The notes under the pieces: generated by a model
The model's database searches: none
What the model saw: only the letters and a program-made list of their open reading frames with translations
Told to the model about the DNA's origin: nothing
Position numbers and translations under genes: made by a program
Assembly: GCA_043821645.1 (NCBI GenBank)
Contig: JBDRCO010000068.1
Span: 224,001-288,000 of the forward strand
Source of the DNA: Pseudomonadota bacterium
GTDB taxonomy: Bacteria; Myxococcota; JACRCW01; JAFGSX01
Length of the DNA stretch: 64,000 bases
Direction of reading: 5' to 3'
Shown: piece after piece, positions 9,556 to 20,874 of the stretch
Layout of the letters: the number at the start of each line of letters is the position of its first letter
Position numbering within the stretch: position 1 is the first letter of the stretch

Positions 9556-10460
9556 GGATTCACCTCGCTGCCCTCGTCGGGCCACATCAGGGTGCCGGCG
9601 ACCACCAGACCCGCGCCGAGCAGAGCGCTCGCCACCGCCCCACCGCTCCACAGCAGCAGCGAGGTGGTGAGGCCGTCGATATCATCCTGGGCGCTGGCCG
9701 CCTCGCGCACTGTCGAGGGGCCCTGCGCCTCGAGCGCCCGGACCTCCGTCGCATTCTGCTCGAGCGGTCGGTAGGCCACGGCATAGCCCACCGCACCGAG
9801 CACCACGCCGGTGATCAATCCGGCGCCACCCACGCTGACCAGGGCCAGGGGTACCAGCAGACTCGAGCCTCCAGTCTCCGGGTTGGACGTTGAGGCGGCT
9901 GACCGAGGCGTGGCGTCCGGCTGCGCCGCTGCAGCGACCCCGTCGCCGTGCGCCAGACCGGGCTCGTCGAGGAGCTCCGCCAGCTTGCCGGGCATCGCAG
10001 CGGGTAGGTCCTCGAGGCTGCGCAGGCGCAGGTCGACCCGGCGCACCGCGCGGACCTCGGCCGCGTCGAACAGACTGAGGTTGACCAGGGTCAGCTCGCC
10101 CAGGGTCCCCACGGAGCCGTACAGAACCTGGGCCGCACCCAGGGCACCTGCCACCTCGGCCAGGCAGCTGTTCTCCTCACAGCCCACAGCCTGCCTATCT
10201 GCCTGAAGCTCCAGCACCTGGCGCAGGTCCTCGCCGCCCACGACGTCGTAGCGCTTGGATCTTGTCAGCTCGAGCAGGATCAGGTCGCGGATGGTGCGGG
10301 TCGTACCCTCGTCGACGCCCTGGGCGCGCAGATCCATGAGCAGCAAACGTGGTCGCCCCGGCGCGTCCTCGGCCATGACTGGCACAGCCGCGAGCAAGGG
10401 CCACAGCAGCGCGACCAGTCCAGCGCATGCCGACACGGTACAGGCTCCACGAAGTTGCAC
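9552..10460 (-). CDS. Exported protein with TolB-N/CsgG-like alpha/beta domain and C-terminal hydrophobic hairpin
   Basis: Signal peptide, the motif GCEENSCLAEVAGALGAAQVLYGSVG.LG, and two C-terminal hydrophobic segments. The fold call is by resemblance only. Confidence 0.7.
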   Translation of the reverse strand: MQLRGACTVSACAGLVALLWPLLAAVPVMAEDAPGRPRLLLMDLRAQGVDEGTTRTIRDLILLELTRSKRYDVVGGEDLRQVLELQADRQAVGCEENSCLAEVAGALGAAQVLYGSVGTLGELTLVNLSLFDAAEVRAVRRVDLRLRSLEDLPAAMPGKLAELLDEPGLAHGDGVAAAAQPDATPRSAASTSNPETGGSSLLVPLALVSVGGAGLITGVVLGAVGYAVAYRPLEQNATEVRALEAQGPSTVREAASAQDDIDGLTTSLLLWSGGAVASALLGAGLVVAGTLMWPDEGSEVNP

Positions 10461-10644
10461 GGTATCCTCCCGCAGTGACGACCCATTGTAGCTCCCTCGG
10501 ATATCGTCAGACCACCTCGCTGCCAGAGAAGGTCTGCTCGCCGATAGCGTGCACGCTGCGCAGGCCGCAGTGACGTCGTCGCGGGCAAGGCGTGGAGGGA
10601 ACTCAGGGGAGCGGCAGGTGGGTCACGAACGAGAACTCAGCACA

Positions 10645-13095
10645 TCAGGGATGTCGACTGCCGCAGTCGACCGCGGTCTGGCCCGAGGGCGGATTGGCCG
10701 GGTCGCAGCTGTAGCCCAGCGCTGTCCAGTCCCAGCCGGCCGCGCTGTAGTGACAGTCGGTGCAACCCAGGGCTGCCGTCGACGGAGCCACCTCGTGGTT
10801 GATGCCCATCCACATCTCGGTGTAGGCCCAGTCCCACTGCGGCGAGCCACTCCCAGCGCTGACATGGCTGTAGGTGTCGCTCGGGCCAATCTGGCTGGCG
10901 TAGCGGGCACCCGCGGTGAGCGCGTTGGTCCAGTTGGTCTGCACCACGGCCGCATCGTAAGAACCCGCGGCCGGGATGGTGGCCCAGAAACCCCCGGGCC
11001 CGAACAGCTTGGGTGAGGACACCAGGTGGTTGGTGACGTCGACAGGCTGCCGGCCACGCATGACCTTGAAGGGATAGATCACCGCGTCCATGTCGTCGAT
11101 CGTCGCGGTGGGTCCACCGAGGTGAATGGGAGTCGTGGACGTGCCCATTCCGCTGGCGAAGCTGTCCGTCAGGGTCATGCGCTCAACCTGGCCGTTGTAC
11201 CAGGCATACTCGGGCCGCACGTCCTTGACCCACACGAAGTCACCCTTCATGGCGTCGTAATTGGTCACCGTCTGCCCGCTCACCGTGGTGGTCTCGACGC
11301 CATTGGTGCCGCGATCCCGGTTGCCGGCGGTGGACCAGTCCCAGTTCATCTTGGTCGGCTTCTGGCGCGCGAAGGCCGGGACGTGGCAGGTCTGGCAGGC
11401 CAGGTCGCGGGCGTGGTTGTTCTGGACGGCACTGCTGTGAGGCGCCTCGCCGTGGCAGTCACTGCAGTCCATGCGGCCCTCGCTGACGGGCAGGTGCACA
11501 CCGGCCCCTGTGATCTGGTGATTTTTCGCAACGTGGCAGTCCACACACACGAACTTGTAGTTCGAATTGCCCATGTGCACGTCGACGGTCTCGTCCGCAG
11601 GGTTCCCCAGTGCCGAATAGATGTCGCCCTTCTTGACGCTGTCGCCACCGCCTGCGCTGAAGTGGCAGCCGCCGCACGTCGCGCGGGTTGGACGCCCGAC
11701 GGTCTGCGCGGCCAGTGCCATGTCCACCGCGGGCGTGGTGCCGTCGTTGATGCCGTCCAGCGGGCCGCCGCCGGTGGTCGGGTCCTTCTTGTAGTTGGGC
11801 GAGTGGCAGACCAGGCAGTCGATGCTGCCCTCGTCGGTGAAGTCGAAGGTCTTGTCGACCCAGCCGTACCCGACGTGACACTGCGTACAGCGCTTCTCGT
11901 TGGACGGGATGGCCACGCAGAAGTTGTTGACCAGGTTCTTCTTGCCGATGCTGGTGCCGGTGGTGTGGCCAGCCAGCCCGGGGGTCGCCCCCTGCCAGTT
12001 CCAGTGGGCGGTCTTGAGCACATCCTGCCCCGCCTGGGCGTGGCAGCCCAGACACAGGGCGGTGACCTGCTTGCCACCGGCGATGTCCGCGGTGAAGGAC
12101 TGCTGCAGCTCGCTCAGGGTGGAGTGATCGAAGGCCGGGCGGTCGCCGAGCGGCCGACACACCTCGTTGCTCACATCGCAATACTGGTTGCTCATGCACG
12201 CATCGATGCACAGCGGTGCCCCGTGGGCATCGTCGCAGACCTGGCAGGCCACACAGCTCCCGCCGCAGGGATCCAGGGGCACGCATACGTCGCCGGCGCA
12301 GGTCGCGCCCTCGCCGCAGTTGTCGACACAGACCGGGCTCGCGCCCGCGCTGTCGCAGGTCTGGCAGGCGCTGCACGCAGGCGTACACACCGGAGCCGGA
12401 TCAGGCTTGCAGGCACCGCTCACGCAGCTCGTGCCACTGGCGCACAGGCTGACGCAGGCCGGGGCAGTACCGGAGGTATCGCACATCTGGCAGTCGCCGC
12501 AGGGTGCCGCAGCGCAGGGGTCCACCGGCGCACAGGCGTTGTTGACGCAGCTGGTGCCGGTGGCGCAGTTGTCGACGCAGGTCGGGGTGGAGGTGGAGGT
12601 ATCGCAGGTCTGGCAGGGCGAGCAGGCCGGGCTGCACGCGGGCGCCGGATCCGGCTCGCAGGCCCCGCTCTGGCAGCTGGTGCCCGTGCCGCACAGGTCG
12701 ACGCAGGCCGGGGTGGACAGCGAGGTGTCACACATCTGGCAGGCACCGCAGGCAGGGCTGCAGGTGGCCTCGGCCGGCTTGACGCACATGTTGTTCTGAC
12801 ACACCAGCTCGCTCGAGCACATGTCCGCGCAGACGGGGCTGGCACCCGAGGTGTCGCACACCTGGCAGTCGCCACAGGCAGGGCTGCAGCTCAGCTGCGC
12901 CGGTGCCTTGCACTCGCCCTGCTCGCAGGTGAGGCCAGAGCCGCACGCGGACGCGCACACCGGGGTGTCACCGGAGCTGTCGCACACCATGCAGGCATCC
13001 GCGTCGCAGGCCGGGTCGCACTGCGTGCCATCGCCACAAGCCGTGGCGGCGCCCACCAAAGAGAACACCAGAGCCAATCCCAACCACCTGTGCAT
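10645..13095 (-). CDS. Octaheme c-type cytochrome (tetrathionate reductase/OTR family) with N-terminal Cys-rich repeats; lipoprotein
   Basis: Eight CxxCH motifs (CLGCH, CTQCH, CLVCH, CGGCH, CVDCH, CSDCH, CQTCH, CTDCH). OTR-like segments HWNW, GKKNLVNNFC...CHVGYGW, GGGDSVK.GD, WDWSTAG and INHEVAP. Lipobox ATAC. Confidence 0.9.
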   Translation of the reverse strand: MHRWLGLALVFSLVGAATACGDGTQCDPACDADACMVCDSSGDTPVCASACGSGLTCEQGECKAPAQLSCSPACGDCQVCDTSGASPVCADMCSSELVCQNNMCVKPAEATCSPACGACQMCDTSLSTPACVDLCGTGTSCQSGACEPDPAPACSPACSPCQTCDTSTSTPTCVDNCATGTSCVNNACAPVDPCAAAPCGDCQMCDTSGTAPACVSLCASGTSCVSGACKPDPAPVCTPACSACQTCDSAGASPVCVDNCGEGATCAGDVCVPLDPCGGSCVACQVCDDAHGAPLCIDACMSNQYCDVSNEVCRPLGDRPAFDHSTLSELQQSFTADIAGGKQVTALCLGCHAQAGQDVLKTAHWNWQGATPGLAGHTTGTSIGKKNLVNNFCVAIPSNEKRCTQCHVGYGWVDKTFDFTDEGSIDCLVCHSPNYKKDPTTGGGPLDGINDGTTPAVDMALAAQTVGRPTRATCGGCHFSAGGGDSVKKGDIYSALGNPADETVDVHMGNSNYKFVCVDCHVAKNHQITGAGVHLPVSEGRMDCSDCHGEAPHSSAVQNNHARDLACQTCHVPAFARQKPTKMNWDWSTAGNRDRGTNGVETTTVSGQTVTNYDAMKGDFVWVKDVRPEYAWYNGQVERMTLTDSFASGMGTSTTPIHLGGPTATIDDMDAVIYPFKVMRGRQPVDVTNHLVSSPKLFGPGGFWATIPAAGSYDAAVVQTNWTNALTAGARYASQIGPSDTYSHVSAGSGSPQWDWAYTEMWMGINHEVAPSTAALGCTDCHYSAAGWDWTALGYSCDPANPPSGQTAVDCGSRHP
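12151..13020 (-). repeat. Seven tandem ~40-44-aa repeats with 8 Cys each, inside the cytochrome gene
   Basis: Consensus CxPACxxCQxCDxSxxxPxCVDxCxxGxxCxxxxC, read from the translation. Confidence 0.9.
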
Positions 13096-13155
13096 CGCTC
13101 GACCTCCTCAAGCCCCCGTAACGTTGAAAGCCGTGAACAGACGCCGCTGCAACAA

Positions 13156-13171
13156 GGCACGAAGCATGCCA
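13156..13171 (-). promoter_or_regulatory. Putative sigma54 (-24/-12) promoter for the octaheme cytochrome gene
   Basis: Minus strand reads TGGCATGCTTCGTGCC, i.e. GG-N10-GC, about 60 nt upstream of ATG 13095 and adjacent to a sigma54 activator gene. The -12 box is GTGC rather than TTGC. Confidence 0.6.
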
Positions 13172-13308
13172 TGCAACATCTTCCAGGGAGGTCGCGCTCA
13201 AACGTGGGGTAGAGTTAAATTACTAAGTTAAAATATGTGTTTAAGAATATATTACCGTACGATTGGGGGTTTTTCCGGTGCAACGCCGTTCGCCTGGATG
13301 GTGCAAAT

Positions 13309-13347
13309 GCAACATTTAGTAGCAAGTGATGCGCAACAGTAGGTTGC
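13309..13347. promoter_or_regulatory. Two candidate upstream activator sites (GCAAC-N5-GTTGC type)
   Basis: GCAAC-ATTTA-GTAGC (13309-13323) and the perfect inverted repeat GCAAC-AGTAG-GTTGC (13333-13347). An AT-rich tract (about 13211-13255) lies between them and the promoter. Confidence 0.45.
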
Positions 13348-13429
13348 AGATGGTGCACCAATGCCAATAAAGTCCCGGGAGCTGAGACCGATATTCAAAC
13401 GCCCCATCCGAGGCAGGCGGTGGCGACCC

Positions 13430-15250
<1,821 letters not shown>

Positions 15251-15259
<9 letters not shown>

Positions 15260-16183
15260 GACGGCAACCGCCTCGTCCAGTGTGATGCGATTCTTGCCCT
15301 GGCGCTTGCTCTGGTACATCAGCGTGTCAGCCCGCCGCAGCAAGGAGTCGACATCATCCTCGGCTCGGGCCATGGTTCCGCCCACCGAGACGGTGAGGCG
15401 AAGTGGTCCCCTGGCCGAGGACAGCTCGGACTGCGCGACCAGCATGCGTACTTTTTGCGCAACCCGGGACAGTGCACCCTCGTGCAGGTTGGCCAGGACG
15501 GCCACGAACTCCTCGCCCCCCCAGCGCGCCACCGTGTCGTGGCGGCGCAGGCTGTTGCTGATGGTGCGACTCACCATGCGCAGGGCCTCGTCACCCACGT
15601 CGTGGCCAAAGGCGTCATTGAGCGCCTTGAAGTCGTCGACATCGATGAACAGGACTCCGAAGCTGTAGCCATCCCGGGCCAGCTCGGAGAGCCGCGCGTT
15701 CAGGATCTGCTCCATCTGGCGACGGTTGGGCAGACCTGTGAGCACGTCGACCAGCGCCACCTCGCGCATCTCGGCCAGCGCCGAGCGCGTGGCCTCGGCG
15801 GACTCGTCCTCGACGAAGAGTTGCAGGATGTTGCCTGGCACCCCGCCCTCCCCCTGAAGTCTGACCGTGCGCACCCGCACCGGCACCCGGTAGCCATCCT
15901 TGTGTCGCAGATAGACACGCTGCACCGGTGACGCACCGGCGTCGCGTGCGATGGCGAAGGGGCAGCTCTCGCAGCTGCACAGACAGTTCCCGCTGTCGTC
16001 GACATGAATCAGCAGGCTGTTCGCGCAGGTCCTGCCCAGCACCTGGTCCGCGGAGAAGCCGGTGATGCGCTCGGCCGCTTCATTCCAGCCAATGATCCGC
16101 TGCACGTCATCGACCAGGTAAGCCCCTTCGAACAGGTGCTCGATGATGTGCAGGCCGGTCGTGAGCTTGGGGTCTTTGTTCAT
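15251..16183 (-). CDS. PAS-GGDEF diguanylate cyclase
   Basis: PAS segment WNEAAERITGF, plus DVLTGLPNRR, FKALNDAFGHDVGD, RWGGEEF and KRQGKNR. Confidence 0.93.
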
Positions 16184-16403
16184 GGCACCACAACAATGAC
16201 CGGTTCAGCGAGCCCGGCGATCGACGTCTTCCTGGTTTCCGACGCGGCAGACGTAACAGGATGTAGCCCGCGTGGGCAGGCATATCCATTGTATCTGGCG
16301 GGTGGAGTATGCACCCGCCTGAGCTGGGATGTACGGAGAGGTGTGCACAAAACGCCGGGGTGACCGCACCAGCCGGAACGCAGCGTGCTGTCCGGGTCAG
16401 GTC

Positions 16404-18104
16404 CTAGCTTCCACAGTATCCGTTGACGAAAGCCTTGTACTGCTGCGGCGCACCGGGCTTGAGCTTGAGCACCGCACTCAGCTCCTTGCAGGCGTCGTCC
16501 TTGCGTCCCAGACTGTAGTAGACCATGCCCAGCTTCTGGTGCACGTCGGGATCCCTGGGAGCCAGCTCCAGCGCCTTGAGATAGTGCTTGAGCGCCGTTT
16601 CGTGATCCCCGGCCCCGGAGCGCGCCGCGCCCTTGTCCATCAGCGACTTGAGCCTCGCCCGGTCTGCCACGTCGAGGCCACCGCCGGGCTCGACGGGATC
16701 TGTACCGGACTCTCCGGGATCTTTCACGGCATGCCCGGTGTCCGGATCGGGATCCGGGTCCGGCTCGGGGTCCTTGATCGCAAGCTGCACGCTCGCGTCT
16801 GGCACGACCTGGGCAGCCGTCGCCGCGTCGACCTTGGCAGCTGCCATGCTGGCGGCATCCGCGGTCCCGGCCACGGCCACAACGCCGGCGTCCGCCCCCT
16901 GGGGCGCATCGACCCCGTTGCCACGCAGTGCCAGGAACGCGCCGACGGCGATGATCGCGACGCCCACCGCAGCACCACCGATGGCGAAGAGCCGGCCGCG
17001 TCCGGCGCCGGCAGGTGCGTCGCTGCCCAGGGAATCGGCCCGACCGGCCACTGGTCCGGTGGTCCGCGGCGCCAGTTCGGCTCCCGCCTCGGTGGCCGCC
17101 GTGGCCGCGATCGGTGGCGCGGTGCGCACGGGGGCGCCATCCGCGCGCGCTGCGATGGGCGCCAGGGCCTCGGACAGCTCGAGCACGGTCTGGAAGCGCT
17201 CCTCGCGCTTCTTGACCATGCAACGCAAGATGATCGCCTCGAGCTCAGCGGAGATGTTGCGATCGGGATAGGCCTGTCGCGGCGGTACCGGTTTCTCGAC
17301 GATGTGCTTGGTCACGATGCCGATGGCGTTGTCCGCCTGGAACGGAAGCTGTGCTGTCACCAGCTGGTACATCATGACGCCCAGGGCGTAGATGTCGGTT
17401 CGCGGGTCCAGCTCCTCGCCCCGCGCCTGCTCGGGGGCCATGTACTCGGGGGTACCACACACCATGCCGGCAGCGGTGAGCGCGCGCGTCTCCTTGGCGC
17501 CGCCGCCGTCCTGGATCTTGGCAATGCCAAAGTCGAGCACCTTGACGAAGTCGCGCTGACCTCGCCTGTCCTCGACCATGATGTTCTCGGGTTTGAGGTC
17601 GCGATGGATCACGCCCTGGGCGTGAGCATCGGCCAGCGCCGAGCACACCTGCATCAGCACGTGCGCGATGCGGGACTCGGCGATGGGATCGTCCTGCTGC
17701 AGCATCGTGAACAGGTCGCGGCCACCCAGGAACTCCATGGCCATGAACAGGGTTCCGTCCTCGTCCTGGCCAAAGTCGATGATGCTGATGCTGTTGGGGT
17801 GGTTGAGCCGGCTGGCCGCTCGCGCCTCGCGGTGGAAGCGGTGCACCAGGGTCTCGTCGTTGGTGTAGTGCGGGTGCAGCACCTTGAGCACGACCGGCTT
17901 GTCGAGGGAGAGCTGCACGGCCTTGTAGACCTTGCCCATGCCGCCAACGCCCAGCAGCTTCTCGATGCGGAAATTGCGCGCGAAGATCCGCCCCAGCAAC
18001 GGGTCCGCGTCGCTGGCCTTGGTCTTGGGGATCAGACCACCGCAGAAGGTGCAGAACTTGGCGCCCTCGGCGACGTCGTTGTGGCAGGAGGGGCAGGTCG
18101 GCAT
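16404..18104 (-). CDS. Membrane Ser/Thr protein kinase (zinc ribbon - kinase - TM - TPR)
   Basis: N-terminal CPSC...CTFC, then GVGGMG, HRDLKPEN, DFG, GTPEYMAPE, a TM helix and C-terminal TPR-like helices. Confidence 0.93.
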   Translation of the reverse strand: MPTCPSCHNDVAEGAKFCTFCGGLIPKTKASDADPLLGRIFARNFRIEKLLGVGGMGKVYKAVQLSLDKPVVLKVLHPHYTNDETLVHRFHREARAASRLNHPNSISIIDFGQDEDGTLFMAMEFLGGRDLFTMLQQDDPIAESRIAHVLMQVCSALADAHAQGVIHRDLKPENIMVEDRRGQRDFVKVLDFGIAKIQDGGGAKETRALTAAGMVCGTPEYMAPEQARGEELDPRTDIYALGVMMYQLVTAQLPFQADNAIGIVTKHIVEKPVPPRQAYPDRNISAELEAIILRCMVKKREERFQTVLELSEALAPIAARADGAPVRTAPPIAATAATEAGAELAPRTTGPVAGRADSLGSDAPAGAGRGRLFAIGGAAVGVAIIAVGAFLALRGNGVDAPQGADAGVVAVAGTADAASMAAAKVDAATAAQVVPDASVQLAIKDPEPDPDPDPDTGHAVKDPGESGTDPVEPGGGLDVADRARLKSLMDKGAARSGAGDHETALKHYLKALELAPRDPDVHQKLGMVYYSLGRKDDACKELSAVLKLKPGAPQQYKAFVNGYCGS

Positions 18105-18262
18105 ACAGAATCCTCCGCGAGCCGTATGTTAGCGGGACCTTGGGACGACGCAAGGTGCTTTCTCCACCGATTGTGCAAGTGGATGCGTGCTGCCCCATCG
18201 AATCGGCCGTCTCGACACCAAACGAGCACGCGATTAGGATGCCAGGTATGCCGGGAGGTGCC

Positions 18263-18571
18263 GTGCACGACGACGATTTTCCAGAGTTGCGCGAGCTGCA
18301 GGCCATGCAGAAAAAGCGCCACCGCCAGGTCATCGCCGGGCTGCTGGCAGGCGGAGTGGCCTCCATGGCTGGCGGTCTGGCCATCTTCGGACTGGCCGGA
18401 GGTGAGAACCCCGCGCTCGGGGGTGGCGCGGTGGGCATCGTGCTCATCGGCGTAGGTGCGATCATGATCGGGCGAGCACTGGTCAGCGCGTTCACGGACA
18501 TCGACACCAGGGTCCGGGACGACCTGATCGCCCCGATCCTGCCCGACGACGGCGACGACGAAGCATCATGA
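18263..18571 (+). CDS. Small two-TM membrane protein
   Basis: GGAGG precedes the GTG (ATG 18248 is an alternative start). Two hydrophobic segments; the stop overlaps the next ATG. Confidence 0.65.
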   Translation: MHDDDFPELRELQAMQKKRHRQVIAGLLAGGVASMAGGLAIFGLAGGENPALGGGAVGIVLIGVGAIMIGRALVSAFTDIDTRVRDDLIAPILPDDGDDEAS

Positions 18572-20547
18572 GTGGCGAGACCCTGCCGGTCGGCACCCGT
18601 CTAGGGAAGTACCTGTTGCAGCGCCTGCTCGGCAAGGGCGCGATGGGGGCCGTCTACCTCGCCGTTGACGAGCTGCTGGATCGACAGGTGGCGGTCAAGA
18701 CCATCACCCCGACCTTCGCCGGGGACGCGCAGTTCAGGGCCCGGTTCCTGCGCGAGGCGAGGACGCTGGCCAAGCTCAATCACCCCAATGTGGTGCAGAT
18801 CTACGACGTCCACGACGTCGGGGAGGCCTCCCGGGACGACCTGCCGTTCCTGGTGACCGAGTTTGTCGATGGCAAGGACCTGTACACCATCGTCCGCGAC
18901 GAGAAGCACTTGCCCTGGGGTCGCGCCTGTCTGCTGCTGAGACAGATCGCCCTCGGGCTCTCCGCGGCCGCGGATCGGGACATCGTGCATCGCGACGTCA
19001 AGCCCGGCAACATCCTGGTGTCGATGGGGGACGTGGTCAAGGTCACCGACTTCGGTCTGGCCAAGCCGCTGGTCGGCGACCAGAGCCTGACCCAGGCCGA
19101 GGTGGTCATGGGAACGCCGGACTACATGGCTCCGGAGCAAGCCATGGGGCGGGCCATCGACTGGCGAGCAGATCAGTACGCCCTGGCCTGCACCATGTTT
19201 CAGATGCTCTGCGGGCGGACGCCTTTTGGCGACGGCGCCCCTGCCGAGATCTGTGCGCGCCAGGTGTATGACAGCTGGCCCGACGTCACGGCCCAGGTCG
19301 TCGACGTGCCACCCCGCCTGGTCGAGATCCTGGGCCGCATGGCGCAGAAGGACCCGGCAAGGCGCTTCGGGAGCTACCTTGAACTCCTGGATGCCATCGA
19401 CGACGTCCTGGATCCAGGGCGCGTGCGCGACCGCGAGCGGGCCTTCGTCGTCGTGACCAGTGGCGGCCAGACCGGGTTGCGTGTGCGCGTCGCGGATCGG
19501 CCCCTCATCGTCGGGCGCCTCCCCGAGTGCGATCTGGCCCTCGAGGATGCCCGGGCCAGCCGCAAGCACGCGGCCTTCCAGTATGGCAGCGAGGGCCTCG
19601 AGGTCCGCGACCTGGGGAGCCGCAACGGCCTGCTCGTCAACGACAGGCCAACGCGCTGGTCCTCCCTGGTCGACGGGGATCGCGTGAAGCTAGGGGATAC
19701 CAGCCTGTGCATCAGCATCGAACGTGTGGCACCGGATCCCGCGCTCGCACTGGCCGCCAAGGCCTCGGCTTTCGATGGCGTCGATGTCACCGCCGAGCGC
19801 CCCATGCCGGACGCCTTCACCGTACCTGCGCCAGAACCCTCGGCGTCGGTGTGGAAGGATGCCCATGAGAACAAAGGCCCGAGTGCCCTGACCCGTGTGG
19901 TGTCGCGCTCCGCGGCGCAGCGCATGACCGACGCATCCCACCTGAGCCGCCCCGGCGTGCTGCGCTGCCGGCGGGTGGACGTCGTGGTGGTGCGCTTCAA
20001 CCTGACCGGAGTGGTACGGCTGGCGGACGCGCTGGATCCGGACCAGCTCTCGAACCAGCTCAACGCCGCGCACGAGGTCATCGTGGATCAGGTGTTCCAG
20101 CACCAGGGCAGCCTCGACACCCTGACCGGTGACACCGTCCTGGCCGTGTTCGGCGCACCCGCCGAGGTGGCCGAGGCCGAGGCCAAGGCCGCCGCCGCCG
20201 CCTATCGCGGGACCCAGGCCGTGGTCGAGCTGCAGCGCGCTCACGAACCCACACAGCGCCTGGGCGTGCGCGCTGGGGTCGGCGCAGGGCCCGTGGTCGC
20301 CGGCCAGTTCGGGACCCACGACCGCAAGGACTACGGTGTCATTGGCCAGGCTGCCGAGATCGCTCGCGTGCTCGGCGCCATGGCGCCCGCGGACGGTGTG
20401 CTGCTGCAAGATGAAGTGGCACGGCGCCTGGGCGCCGGCTTTGACCTGCAGCCCCGGCCGGAGCAGACTCTCAAGCTGCACGGCCACGAGTATGCGGTGT
20501 TCGTGCTCACGGGGCTGCGATCAGCAACAGGAGAATGGCTGCGATGA
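18568..20547 (+). CDS. Ser/Thr kinase - FHA - class III nucleotide cyclase-like fusion
   Basis: GKGAMG, HRDVKPGN, DFG and GTPDYMAPE. FHA motifs GR...SRKHA...GSRNG. Cyclase-like GDTVLAVFGAP and VRAGVGAGPVVAG. Confidence 0.9.
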   Translation: MSGETLPVGTRLGKYLLQRLLGKGAMGAVYLAVDELLDRQVAVKTITPTFAGDAQFRARFLREARTLAKLNHPNVVQIYDVHDVGEASRDDLPFLVTEFVDGKDLYTIVRDEKHLPWGRACLLLRQIALGLSAAADRDIVHRDVKPGNILVSMGDVVKVTDFGLAKPLVGDQSLTQAEVVMGTPDYMAPEQAMGRAIDWRADQYALACTMFQMLCGRTPFGDGAPAEICARQVYDSWPDVTAQVVDVPPRLVEILGRMAQKDPARRFGSYLELLDAIDDVLDPGRVRDRERAFVVVTSGGQTGLRVRVADRPLIVGRLPECDLALEDARASRKHAAFQYGSEGLEVRDLGSRNGLLVNDRPTRWSSLVDGDRVKLGDTSLCISIERVAPDPALALAAKASAFDGVDVTAERPMPDAFTVPAPEPSASVWKDAHENKGPSALTRVVSRSAAQRMTDASHLSRPGVLRCRRVDVVVVRFNLTGVVRLADALDPDQLSNQLNAAHEVIVDQVFQHQGSLDTLTGDTVLAVFGAPAEVAEAEAKAAAAAYRGTQAVVELQRAHEPTQRLGVRAGVGAGPVVAGQFGTHDRKDYGVIGQAAEIARVLGAMAPADGVLLQDEVARRLGAGFDLQPRPEQTLKLHGHEYAVFVLTGLRSATGEWLR

Positions 20548-20855
20548 GTGGATTGTGGGTGTTCCTGATCGTCGTGGTGGTGTTCGGTAGCGTGTCCAGC
20601 GTGTTGCGCGCAGCCTTGCATCGAGGGCAGCGGACTGCATCGGAACGCGAACTCGAGAGCCTGCGCACCCGCATGGCAGAGATCGAAGGCCATCTTGGTC
20701 TGCAGCAGGCCCTGCCTGCACCAGAGAGGCAGCGCGGGGGCGAGCTCGAGCGGCGTGTCGAGGCCCTGGAAACCATCGTCACCGGCGCCGATGAGCTGCT
20801 CGAGAAGCGCTTGCGTGAGGCCAGCCACGAGCATGCCGGGGATAGCACCGACTAA
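20544..20855 (+). CDS. Small TM plus coiled-coil protein (PspB-like)
   Basis: ATGA overlap with the kinase gene, an N-terminal TM, and LERRVEALETIVT resembling the PspB C-terminus. Confidence 0.6.
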   Translation: MSGLWVFLIVVVVFGSVSSVLRAALHRGQRTASERELESLRTRMAEIEGHLGLQQALPAPERQRGGELERRVEALETIVTGADELLEKRLREASHEHAGDSTD

Positions 20856-20874
20856 CCGCCAGGAGGCAGACCAC

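Noticed and set aside
12151-13020. Repeats considered as a CRISPR array or as extra heme sites
   Set aside because: They are degenerate in-frame coding repeats without identical DNA repeats or spacers. The CxxC motifs are followed by D or Q, not H.
16297-16319. Hairpin GGCGGGTG-N7-CACCCGCC upstream of the diguanylate cyclase, considered as a riboswitch or terminator
   Set aside because: No U-tract and no recognisable c-di-GMP riboswitch consensus; a single stem is insufficient evidence.
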